Below, in pieces: positions 52,534-64,000 of a stretch of 64,000 nucleotides of DNA; position 1 is the first letter of the stretch, and each line of letters begins with the position of its first letter. The DNA is from Paraspadella gotoi (lineage: Eukaryota; Animalia; Chaetognatha): positions 2,664,005 through 2,728,004 of the forward strand of contig CM119264.1 in NCBI GenBank assembly GCA_051294375.1. The letters are read 5' to 3'. The notes under the pieces were generated by a model. The model ran no database searches. It was not told where the DNA came from and saw only the letters and a list, made by a program, of their open reading frames with translations. The translations under genes were made by a program, and so were the position numbers.

Positions 52534-52730
52534 ATTTTTAGGCCGGATCTGAAGATCGCAGATTCCGGCTCGATAATCAACTTTGTCGGTCTGTCGGTCG
52601 CCCCCTATGGTTTGGTCGGTCGGTTACTTGAATCATCTTAGAACATTGAATTATGAAAAGATTATGTAAAAAAATCTCTCTGTCTGTTCGTTTGTCTATC
52701 CGTATTTCTGTCCAGCCGTCCGTGTCCCCT
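52534..52730 (+). mobile_element. HINE-like element fragment, second subfamily (copy 61672-61865)
   Basis: TTTTTAG, then hairpin GCCGGATCTG-AAGATCG-CAGATTCCGGC, then CGATAATCAACTTT, then (GTCG/GTCT/GTCC)n. Confidence 0.5.
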
Positions 52731-53080
52731 TGGCTTTCAACTTTTATTAAAAAGAAAAAAAGGAGAGATAAGGAAAACAGAAAACACAAGGAAGCAAAGG
52801 AAGTAAAAAAGGAAAGAAGAAAAGGGAAGAAAAGGAAAAAGAAAAGAAAATAAAATAAAAGGAAAAAAAGGAAAGAAGAAAAGAAAAGAGGAAAAGAAAA
52901 GAAAAGGAAAGAAAAGAAAAGAAAAGAAAATAAAAAAGGAAAAAAGAAAAGGAAAGAAAAGAAAAGAAAATAAAAAATGAAAGAAGAAAAGGAAAGAAAA
53001 GAAAAGAAAATGAAGCAAAGAAGTCAGAAGATCTGGGGCATTCAGCGAATCCCAGTTTTTTTGGGGGAGGAGGAAAAAGA

Positions 53081-53124
<44 letters not shown>

Positions 53125-53723
53125 TGATGACGACGACTAAGATGTAAAAAAACATTCAATTTTAGGACGAAAGATTTGCACTACGAAGACAATGACGACG
53201 ACGACGACGAAATGTGACAACGCACTGAAATTATTAGATAATCTCTAGAATAAAGATAATGGGGATGATTACATTCTCGGACCACAATAGCTATGAATAG
53301 ACTTACATATTTTAAAGTAAAAATCACAGAAAGAGTAAAACGTGTAATGACAATGACATCAAAATACACGCCATCTCCAGGAAATGATTACGATGAACGA
53401 CGTCGCGACATCACAACAACCACGACAACAACCAACAACGACAACAAATGTTTTTTTTTCCAAAAGATGAATATTCAAAAGTCTACATCATGATCTTTGC
53501 TACAACCTCACACGTCACTCCGTGATCACTGTCCACGCTGTCACACTGTCACAGTTATGGTGATAATCATCGTCACTGCAATCCCGTTAACTATCAGCTT
53601 TCAATAAAAAAAATCAACGACTAATTTTTTATTTTTTCGTTTTGTTCTTTTACAGACGAGAAGAATCGTCAAATCGAATTCCTCAAAATTTCCTTTTTAA
53701 ATCCAGTTTTTAATTTTTTTTTC

Positions 53724-54860
53724 TTTTAGTCGGATCTGCTTATCAGCAGATCCCGATCTAAACTCACTTTTATAACTCCACTTTTTCGTCCGTCGTCCGC
53801 CCGCCTGCCAAATATTGTCGGGCACATCACTTATATCAATGGTCAGAACATCGAATTATGATAAATTATGCAAAAAATTGTCGTACCGTTCCGTCTGTCT
53901 GCTCCGTCCGTCCGTCCGTCCGTCCCACGCTAGCAAAAAACACAATTACTCGTGATTGATGGAATGGATTTAAATGAAATTTTGTGGTTTGGATAGGTAA
54001 GGTGTGTGATTGAGCCTGATATTTAAGTTTGATGAATCGTCGCGATGGAAAATGAGTTTTAAATGGAAAAAACAAAAAAATATATTCACTCCATTTGAAC
54101 ACCATAAATTGCTCATGAGTGGATGGGCTGGATTGACTGGAATTTTGTATGTGGGTAGGAAAGTGTGGATTGAACTAGTGAAATCAAGTTCGATGGAAAT
54201 AGTTTGAGTGGAAATGAGTTAAATGGAAAAAAACAAAAAAACCTGTTTTACTAATTGATATGCTTCTTTTTCCTTTTTATATTAAATGTTATCTGCAGGA
54301 TATATTAATAAATCTAATATTAATCAGTTAATTAATCAATTAGTATAAATTAATCAATAAATTAATTAATTAGTCAATCAATCCGTCCATCGTCCCATCT
54401 TAGCAAAAACTCCAATAACTCGTGATTGGCTGGTTGGAATTGGAATTAAATTTTGTGTGTGGGTAGGAAAGTGTGTGATAAAGCCTGGATATAAAATTTC
54501 GATGGACATCGTGTGAGTGGAAATTAGTTTAAATGAAAAAAACATAAGTCGAATTTTACTAAAATCTTTTTACTTATTTTAACCAATAAATACTCCAATT
54601 AATCATAATTGATGATAGATGAGTTGAATTTTGTGTGTTGGGTAGGAAAACGTATGAACGAAGCTTTGATATAAAGTTCAGTGGAAACGTACCAGTGGAA
54701 ATGAGTTTAAATGAAAAAAATATAAGTCACATTTACTTGAATTTTTTATTTATTTTAACCCAATGATAGATTGAGATGAAAATTTTGTGAGCCAGTAGGA
54801 AAGTGAGTGAAGAAGCTAGATATACAAGTTTGAACGGGAATGCAAGTTGAAAAAATGATG
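53724..54860 (+). mobile_element. HINE-like element with internal ~110-160 bp tandem units (copy 62827-63960)
   Basis: TTTTAG, hairpin GATCTGCT-TATC-AGCAGATC, TATAACTCCACTTTTTC, (GTCC)n, then ~5 diverged units AATTTTGTGTGTGGGTAGGAAAGTGTG...GGAAATGAGTTTAAATGAAAAAAAC. Confidence 0.55.
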
Positions 54861-55398
54861 CAAGTTGAAAACATGAATGCAAGTTAAAAAATCTTTAAAA
54901 GCATAAGGATCGTCGGCTATTTAGCATAAAAAGAGAGAAGAGAGAGAGAGAATGAGAGAGTAGAGAGAGAGAGCGAGGTGAGAGAAGACAGAGAGGAGTT
55001 GAGAGAGGAGAGGAGAAAGGAGAGCATAAAATAAAAAAAATCTTATAAAGACTCAAGAATCGAGCCAGAGCCCACTATCAATAGAAAATTAATGGAAAAA
55101 ACCGGGAAAAAAACGAATGATCATGCCGATAAACGAATTGGTTGATGTACTGTAATTGATTGAGGATACTATTGATTGATGTAATAGTAATTTAATTTGG
55201 AAATGTAATAGGAATTGATTATTGATTCGATATAATCAATTATTGATGCGATGAATATCATTCACTGCCTGTGATGATAGTCCATTCAGTGATGCGATGA
55301 TGTATTTCATTGATGCGATGATTGGTCCATTCATTGATTGCGATGGATAGGTCAATAAAACAAAAAATGCGTGTATGAGTGAAAAGAGAGGAGAGAGA

Positions 55399-55440
<42 letters not shown>

Positions 55441-55442
55441 AA

Positions 55443-55488
<46 letters not shown>

Positions 55489-55985
55489 AGAAGAAAGAAA
55501 AGAGAAATAAATCCACGAAAATCTCGGATGAAAATATGGGATTTTGTATTGAAAAAAGCGCGGAATAAAATGGCAATTAATAAAAGTTTTTAAGAAGGAA
55601 AAATAATCAGAATTTTTTTTCAAAAAACAACGATACATGTGTTTAGGCAAAAGACGGACAGAATAGGACCAGACAACACAGAGAGACAGAGAGACAGAGA
55701 GAGAGAGAGAGAAGAGAAGCCGCTGCAGAGAAAAAGAGAAAGAGAAAGAGCGATATAATAATAAAAGAAGAGAGAGAGAGAGAAGGCTCATACAGCCCCT
55801 TTAAACCGTTTAAAGAATCAAGCAGTACTTATGGCGCCGCACGTAGCGGTGGCTATTCTCCTACCCACAAAGGACCCGCGGGACCCCGGGTTCGCGCCAT
55901 GTTCGTGCGGTTCGTTTTTTTACATTAGTGGGAAAACCCGACATTATTCTAAAAAATTTTTTGGTAAAAAAAAGAGGAGAGAGGC

Positions 55986-56016
<31 letters not shown>

Positions 56017-57246
56017 GAGAGAGAGAGGAGAGAGAGGGAGGAGAGAGAGGAGAGAGAAGAGAGAATAGAAGCCTGGCATCGCTGGCAGAGCCGGAACGTC
56101 GTTTTTAGAAGAACAAGTGAGGAGAAGGAGAGAGAGAGAGAGCGACATATATTTAAAACGTTTTTGTTTTGTAAATAAAACATAAACAAATACATATTGA
56201 TATGAACATAGAATTTTAAAGATTTTGATGATTAGAAGGCCATATATGAAAATCAACTTCCCTTGATATCACGACTTTCAGAAGCCATGAATTGCAAAAT
56301 GCGGAGACCGAAAAGAACGAAAAAAAATCGAGGGAGGACAGGACGGGCTTTTGCCCGCCTGGCTCGATAATAGAGGAATATTTGTTTGTTTTATAAAAAT
56401 GTAAACAAAACATTTTAAATAACTGGGCCTGACTCAATTTAAGGACATCGGGATGATGACAGCTGAATGATAAATTATAATTAATCCTATTAATTAATTA
56501 ATTAATTTAATCTATTAATTATTTATTTAATCTATTAATTAATTAATTATTAAATTAATAATTAATTAATTAATTATCGTAGGCAGACTCCGCATTTGTT
56601 TGCTCAAACTTGTTAAATTTTGAATTCAGACGAAAAATGATTTATTATTCTACCTTTTTATCTTTTATATTCAATAGAATCTTTTTTTCTTTCAAATTTG
56701 ATTCTCGCGCGATTTTCTTTTTTTTTGTTGTTGTTGTTTAATTGACGTTTTTATTTTTCTCTCATTTGAGTCAAATTAGTCAAATTTTTGACGCATCTTT
56801 TGTTTTCCCTCGTTTCGTTAAAACTCATCGGTTTTTCTTGTTTTTTTTGGTTTTTCCTATTTCTAAGAAAAGATGTCTTTTATTCGTGCCCCACTTCCCT
56901 CCCTAATCTCTTTTCTTTCCTTTCCTCCCTTTTCCCTTTCCTTCCTCCAACCTTTCTCTCTACTTTCTTCCTCCCTTTTCGTTCCTTTCTTTTCTTTCCT
57001 CCTCCTTTCATTATCCTTTTATCTCCCCCATTTTCATTTTCTCCTTCCACCTTCCTCTTTTCCTCCTTTCCTTTCCTCCCTTTCCTTTCCTCCAAATTTC
57101 ACTCCTTCCCCTCCCCTCATTTTTTGACGGGCGGCGCCTTTTCGGCCCCATATGGTTTCCGTTGACGCTTATGGTCGAGACAGGGGGAAGACGACGACGG
57201 CGACGACGATGAAGAAGACGATGAAGACGACGACAACATCAACGAC

Positions 57247-57277
<31 letters not shown>

Positions 57278-57563
57278 TGACGACGACGACGATGAAGAAG
57301 ACGATGAAGACGACTACATGAACGAGCGACGACGACGAAGAGCACGACGACCATAACGACGACTTTGAAAATGGCGACAATGAACGATGATTTATGATAA
57401 TGATGATGATGAATATGATGACAATGATAATATTGAACAATGTAAGAATGACGATGATGACAAAAAACTCTACGACCACGACTTAACTGACAATGAAGAT
57501 GACGATGACAACGCTGTAACAGTTTCGGGGCGAAGNNNNNNNNNNNNNNNNNNNNNNNNNGAG

Positions 57564-57613
<50 letters not shown>

Positions 57614-60404
57614 AAGAGAGAGATAGAGAGTCATTGCAATTCTCGACGAGGGTCAAACGCGGTTTTCTCTTTTGTATTCTTCTCACATCAGAAGAATTAA
57701 TCGTTTTCTTCTTTTTTGGTTTTGGTGTGGCGACGGCTGGCGAGGCCAGTGGCGTGAAAGGCGTGAAATATTCAGCTGCGGAGTGTTCACACGTTATGAT
57801 AAACGTGACGCGGAGAAGATTCGCTCATTGGCCCGTAAATGAGTGAATGTAATTATTATTCTAGTATTAATGATAAATTAAAAAACAAAAAAAAAATCAT
57901 ATGATATGAATTTTAAGCAAGGGTAGCGTATAATTTAACTAAACGAATAATTCAAAAAAAAATTCCTTAAATAAAAGAAAAAAGAAAGAAACGTGAAAGA
58001 CAAAGAATCACAACTTCCAAGGCCGAAACTCATAACACAAGGTAATTATATACGGAACTGATATAGAAATTAGAACCAGAAAACGCGATGTTCCGAAAGA
58101 ATAATTATCTCAAACAACGGAATGTATATATCGAGAAACCCCGTATGTAAATAGGCGAAAAGGCGAAATGGAATCGAGCGCCATTATTCCGGTAAGTGAC
58201 TCCTTTCAAAGTGTGAACCGTCAAACGGTGAGTTAAGTCGCGCGGTTTCGATTCACATTTTAATTCCCTCGTTGATTGGAACCGAAAAAGATGTTGACCT
58301 TCGCTAAGTTGACCTCTTGACGGCCCGACCTTTCCTTTCCCGAAGCCAACGTATTGATTGGTCGATGTGTGATCTCATGCTTGATCCTCTGCTTTGATAC
58401 TATGCTTTCGAATCCAAATGTTAGGTTTTAAAGTTTGTGGCTTGGGCTGTTGCCCTCCTTCCGCTATCGCCGGTTTCCAGCGGTCGACCCGCCAGACTAA
58501 AGACCCTCTCGAAAAGGTCGGCCTTTTTTTTTCGGCCCTGTCGGCCTGTGGCCTATTTGGCTTTGTTGGCCTGTTGGCCTGTTGCCTATTGGTTTGTTGG
58601 CCTGTTTGGCTGTCGGCCGAAACTCGAACGTGGCAAGCGCGTCCCTTTTCCCTTTTTCTCTTTAACAGGTTAATCGCGTCTACTTCTATCCATTTTAGGT
58701 TAGGCTCTCGTGTGAAGTTGATGAAAGAGATGAGATGTTGAAAGAATGTGAAGATATCGGTATGCGGGTGCTGAGATAAATGCGATAATGTAATTTTAAT
58801 AACGAAGCGTTAGAAACAGCACGCAATGTATTAATTTATTTTTTAACGTATAAACCGCTTACGTAATTCCTCACTTTGCTATTTTCCCAATTTTATATTC
58901 TTTAGAAAAACGAAAAAAACAAAAAGTTAAAAGTCCCTTTTTGCCAATAAACTAAGTCCCGTCGGTTTTCGTCTTGAAGTGCTTTTTAAAATATATTAAG
59001 CTATTGATTTCATTTTAATTTAAAAATTGCGTTTATTGAGGGCCCAACATTTATCATTTTTTCTCGATTAGATCTTAATCTTTTGGTCGGTCGCAGTTGT
59101 CCGTCTATCATCTGTTTGTCAGCCATGCGTTTAAACCGAACAATTACGAGAGAGCTTTTGATGACGATAACAAAATTACAGACGTGAGACAAACGCACAG
59201 AGGAAACTGTGATTTGTGATTGTGAAGATAGAAGGTGAAAAAGATGGAAGGAAAAGAGAAGTGATAAGAAAAATAAGAAGAGAAGGGGAGGGAAGAAAAG
59301 AAAAGAAAAGAAAAGAAAAGAAAAGAAAGAAAAGAAAGAAAAGAAAGAAAAGAAAAGAAAAGAAAATAGAAAATCTACTAGAAGAGAAAAAATTGGTTCT
59401 AGTCAAGCGATTTTAGAACCAGATTAGGTCGGGTTAGGGTCCTTGGGTCGGGTCACGGGGCGGGTCAGTTTCATGGGTCAGTTCAATGGGTCAGGTCATG
59501 GGTCCGTTCAGGGGTGGGTACGGTTAAGGTCATCGACTTTCCAACCCAAATCCTCCTTCGCGCCTTCCTCGCCTTTTTCAATCTTCGCGCGAAGTTAGAA
59601 AACTGGATAATGAGAATGGTATTAAGGGAAGTGGTAAAAGAAAAGTGAAAAGGTGGCAGATGGTAAATGAGAAATGGTTATTAAGGGAAGTGGTAAAATT
59701 AACAGTGAAAAGTGGCGGATGGTAATGATAATGTATCTAAAGGGAAGTTGGTAAAAGAAAAGTGAAAAGTGGAAATGGTAAATGAGAAAAGGTATGAGGC
59801 AAATTGAAAAATAAAAGTGAGAAATGGCAATGTAAAGAGCTGAATTAGGCATAAAGGCCAGAAGCACAAAGCCATTGCTTAATGTTTGAATCGCCTTTAT
59901 TTAGAGTCCCATGAATGAAATTGAGGTTCCAAGAACAAAATGGCGACAAAAAAAAGAAGCAAAGATAGAAAACAGACAAGATAATTGGCAAATTATAACA
60001 TGCACAATTTTTTCGAGTTGGAGAAAGTAGAGAACCTAAAGTAGTAAATACTAAAGTAAATACTAAAGTAAATACAAAGTAAACTACTAAAAGTAGTAAA
60101 TACTACGTTTACTACATAAAAACTTAGGTTCAGGTCAACGAATCAGATTCAATATATAACCTAAATTTTCGTAGATGTAAACCGGTTTTTTTAATGTACT
60201 GAGCCCGGCAATTATCGAAGCAGATCCCCCCACCTGAGCCTCGCCGCCGCCCCTGCCGCCGCCGCAGCGCACGCCGCCGCTGCGCCTCCCCAACCCCGCA
60301 TTCTGCGACATCCTTCCCGAGTCGTTCGCGACGAAGATGATCTACGCAAGGAAAGCGAAAAAAAGAGCCGATAATCATCAATCAGGGAAAAGGGGGGAGT
60401 GGAC

Positions 60405-60700
60405 CGGGGTGGTGGGATTGGTAAGGGATTGGTGGGAGTGGTGGGGAGTGGTAGGGAGTGATGAGAGTGGTAGGGGAGTGGGGAGTGTAGGGAGTGGAGG
60501 AATTGGAAAGGAGTGATAGGGATTGGTAGGAGTGGTAGGGATTGGCAGGGACGTGGTAGGGAGTGGTATGGGAGGAGTGGTAGGGGGAATTGGTGATGAG
60601 TGGGTAGGGATTGGTAAGGAGTGGTAGGGAATTGGTAGGAGTGGGTAAGAGTGGAGGGTAGTGATAGGGATGTAGGAATTGGTAAGGAGTGGTTGGGAAG
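60405..60700. repeat. 10-bp G-rich minisatellite GGTAGGGAGT/GGTAGGGATT
   Basis: About 28 units; fragments at 48425-48463 and 50617-50712, and a noisy reverse complement at 48464-48666. Confidence 0.88.
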
Positions 60701-60971
60701 ATCCGAGGGAATGATAGCGAGGTTGGTCTAAAAGTCTGGAGTGTGAGTGCCAGGAGTGTTGTTTTCCCCTTAAAATGAAGGAAACTCTTATGTGAGGATT
60801 GGAAGAAGGAGAAATTATCTCAATTCAAAACTCAATTTTCAGAACTAAAATATATACAATTATAAACATTTATATAATTGAAACATTCTTCGAAATATCA
60901 TACAACTTCACTGATATGGAACCAGAAGCTCTGGAGTCTTGATTAAAAGCTGAAGGGTCCGGAATATAATA

Positions 60972-61277
60972 TTTTTAGTCCGCCGCCGCGAGTACTCGCG
61001 GAGCAACTCTATAAGTCCACTTTTTCGTCGGTCAGTCGGTCTGTCAGTCGGTTTGTTTGTCCATCGGTCTGCCCACTTACGATAAAAAACATATAATTCG
61101 CCTATAGTTGTTTGCTCATTGGCAAACCTGAAATCTAAGGGACTGCTAGCTAGACTCGATGCGTGCATGTCATAAATTCAAGGGCTAAGAAAGTTTTTTA
61201 ACTTAATGTCATGTCAAGTCATATCATTGAATAAAGTCACTGGCGGCGCAACCACATTTGAATAACCGTTCTTGTTT
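60972..61277 (+). mobile_element. HINE/DINE-1-like non-autonomous Helentron element (noisy duplicate at ~51566-51880)
   Basis: TTTTTAG start, perfect 16-bp palindrome CCGCGAGTACTCGCGG (60986-61001), (GTCG/GTCT)n tract, and a TTCTTGTTT end in T-rich flanks. A homologous copy with different flanks is at 27232-27592. Confidence 0.65.
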
Positions 61278-64000
61278 TTGTTTTTTTTTTGTAAAGAAGG
61301 AAGAAGGATTAACCAACGTAGCCTGTCCAAAAGTCCGGGACAATAAATATCTTATTTTCGAATTGAATGAATAATTTTTCATATTGTTCCTACCGATTTC
61401 ATAAGTAAAGTAATTAAGATCGATTTTCAAACGTCAGCCTTCAAGTCCGATTTTCAGTATTAAAGATGACAGATAGCAAGTTTTTTTCGCGCTTAGAACC
61501 GAGAGATTTAATTATTCCTGCGGAAAGAGAAATGACTCAATTAAGACTAACACGTCGTGAGGATTGACATCTTAGTCGGTAGGAACCGACTTTTCTTTTT
61601 CTCCTTTAGAAGTTGGAAATTAGATTTTTGATTCTCAGCGGAAGAAAAATAGGTCATCGAACCGAATTTTATTTTTAGGCCGGATCTGAAGATCGCAGAT
61701 TCCGGCTCGATAATCAACTTTGTCGGTCTGTCGGTCGCCCCCTATGGTTTGGGTCGGTCGGTTTTACTTGAATCATCTTAGAACATTGAATTATGAAAAG
61801 TTATGTAAAAATCTCTCCTGTCTGTTTGTTTGTCTATCCGTATTTCGTCAGCCGTCCGTGTCCCCTTGGCTTTCAACCTTTTATTAAAAGAAAAAAAGGA
61901 AGATAAAGGAAAACAGAAACACAAGAAGCAAAATGGAAGTAAAAAAGAGAAAGAAAGAAAAAAAAGAAGAAAGGAAAAAGAAAGAAATAAAATAAAAGAA
62001 AAAAGGAAAGAAAAAGAAAAGAGAAAAGAAAGAAAGGAAAGAAAGAAAAGAAAAGATAAAAAGGAAAAAAGAAAAGAAAGAAAGAAAATGAGAGAAGAAT
62101 AAAAAATAAAAGAAGAAAAGGAAAGAAAAGAAAAAAAGAAGCAAAGAAGTCAAGAAGAATCTGGGCTTCAGCGAATCCCAGTTTTTTTTTTGGGGAGGAG
62201 GAAAAAGAAAGACGACGACGACCGACACGACGACGACGATGATGACGACGACTAAGATGTAAAAAAACATTTCATTTTAGGACGAAAGATTTGAACTACG
62301 AAGACATGAACGACGACGACGACGAATGTGACACCACTGAAATTATTAGATAATCTCTAGAATAAAAGATAAATGGGGATGATTAACATTCTCGGACCAT
62401 CAATAGGCTATGAATAGACTACATATTTTAAGTAAAAATCACAGAAAGAGTAAAACGTGTAATGACAATGACATCAAAATACACGCCATCTCCAGGAAAT
62501 GATTACGATGAACGACGTCGCGACATCACAACAACCACGACAACAACCAACAACGACAACAAATGTTTTTTTTTCCAAAAGTATGAATATTCAAAGTCTC
62601 ATCACTGATCTTTGCTAAACCTTCACAGTCACCCGTGATCACTGCCACGCTGTCACACTGTCACAGTTATGGTGATAATCATCGTCACTGCAATCCCGTT
62701 AACTATCAGTTTCAATAAAAAAAATCAACTAATTTTTTATTTTTCGTTTTTGTTCTTTTACAGACGAAGAATCGGTCAAATCGAATTCCTCAAAACTTTT
62801 TAAATCCAGTTTTTAATTTTTTTTTCTTTTAGTCGGATCTGCTTATCAGCAGATCCCGATCTAAACTCACTTTTATAACTCCACTTTTTCGTCCGTCGTC
62901 CGCCCGCCTGCCAAATATTGTCGGGCACATCACTTATATCAATGGTCAGAACATCGAATTATGATAAATTATGCAAAAAATTGTCGTACCGTTCCGTCTG
63001 TCTGCTCCGTCCGTCCGTCCGTCCGTCCCACGCTAGCAAAAAACACAATTACTCGTGATTGATGGAATGGATTTAAATGAAATTTTGTGGTTTGGATAGG
63101 TAAGGTGTGTGATTGAGCCTGATATTTAAGTTTGATGAATCGTCGCGATGGAAAATGAGTTTTAAATGGAAAAAACAAAAAAATATATTCACTCCATTTG
63201 AACACCATAAATTGCTCATGAGTGGATGGGCTGGATTGACTGGAATTTTGTATGTGGGTAGGAAAGTGTGGATTGAACTAGTGAAATCAAGTTCGATGGA
63301 AATAGTTTGAGTGGAAATGAGTTAAATGGAAAAAAACAAAAAAACCTGTTTTACTAATTGATATGCTTCTTTTTCCTTTTTATATTAAATGTTATCTGCA
63401 GGATATATTAATAAATCTAATATTAATCAGTTAATTAATCAATTAGTATAAATTAATCAATAAATTAATTAATTAGTCAATCAATCCGTCCATCGTCCCA
63501 TCTTAGCAAAAACTCCAATAACTCGTGATTGGCTGGTTGGAATTGGAATTAAATTTTGTGTGTGGGTAGGAAAGTGTGTGATAAAGCCTGGATATAAAAT
63601 TTCGATGGACATCGTGTGAGTGGAAATTAGTTTAAATGAAAAAAACATAAGTCGAATTTTACTAAAATCTTTTTACTTATTTTAACCAATAAATACTCCA
63701 ATTAATCATAATTGATGATAGATGAGTTGAATTTTGTGTGTTGGGTAGGAAAACGTATGAACGAAGCTTTGATATAAAGTTCAGTGGAAACGTACCAGTG
63801 GAAATGAGTTTAAATGAAAAAAATATAAGTCACATTTACTTGAATTTTTTATTTATTTTAACCCAATGATAGATTGAGATGAAAATTTTGTGAGCCAGTA
63901 GGAAAGTGAGTGAAGAAGCTAGATATACAAGTTTGAACGGGAATGCAAGTTGAAAAAATGATGCAAGTTGAAAACATGAATGCAAGTTAAAAAATCTTTA

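Larger units (their letters stand above)
57561..64000 (+). repeat. Third/second copy of 45689-48463 + 50617-54897
   Basis: Starts after a 25-N gap (57536-57560). Noisy until ~62800, then essentially identical to 53710-54897 (ORFs 53866/62969 and 54010/63113 translate identically). Confidence 0.92.

Noticed and set aside
60405-60700. Telomeric repeat
   Set aside because: A variable 10-bp unit, interstitial, not matching the TTAGGG/TTAGG type.

Overview
Eukaryotic, animal-like genomic DNA from a draft assembly: very rich in microsatellites ((AG)n, (GAC)n, (CCG)n, (CTTT)n), with many minisatellites and no obvious CpG depletion. Almost all ORFs in the supplied track are translations of simple repeats. 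About half of the window appears redundant. A ~2.5 kb block occurs three times (5982-14225), a ~6 kb block is inverted (28270-34270 vs 38529-44343), and 34269-54897 recurs in overlapping copies up to 64000. The copies differ mainly by 1-bp indels and several junctions are gaps of exactly 25 N, which points to long-read gap-filling artefacts rather than real duplication. The main biological signal, not visible in the ORF track, is a spliced + strand gene at ~5600-23120. Read across the noisy copies, it shows class A (rhodopsin-like) GPCR landmarks in the expected order: TM2, ECL1 WxFG..C, TM3 xRY, TM4 W, glycosylated ECL2 with Cys, TM5 P, a very long low-complexity ICL3, TM6, and a DPxxY-like TM7. 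Also present: a family of Helentron/HINE (DINE-1-like) non-autonomous elements, a tRNA-derived SINE, other isolated exon candidates, promoter-motif clusters, and a 2.9 kb AT-rich segment with bacterial-looking signals. No CRISPR, rRNA or intact tRNA was seen. All calls are by eye; no database search was run.
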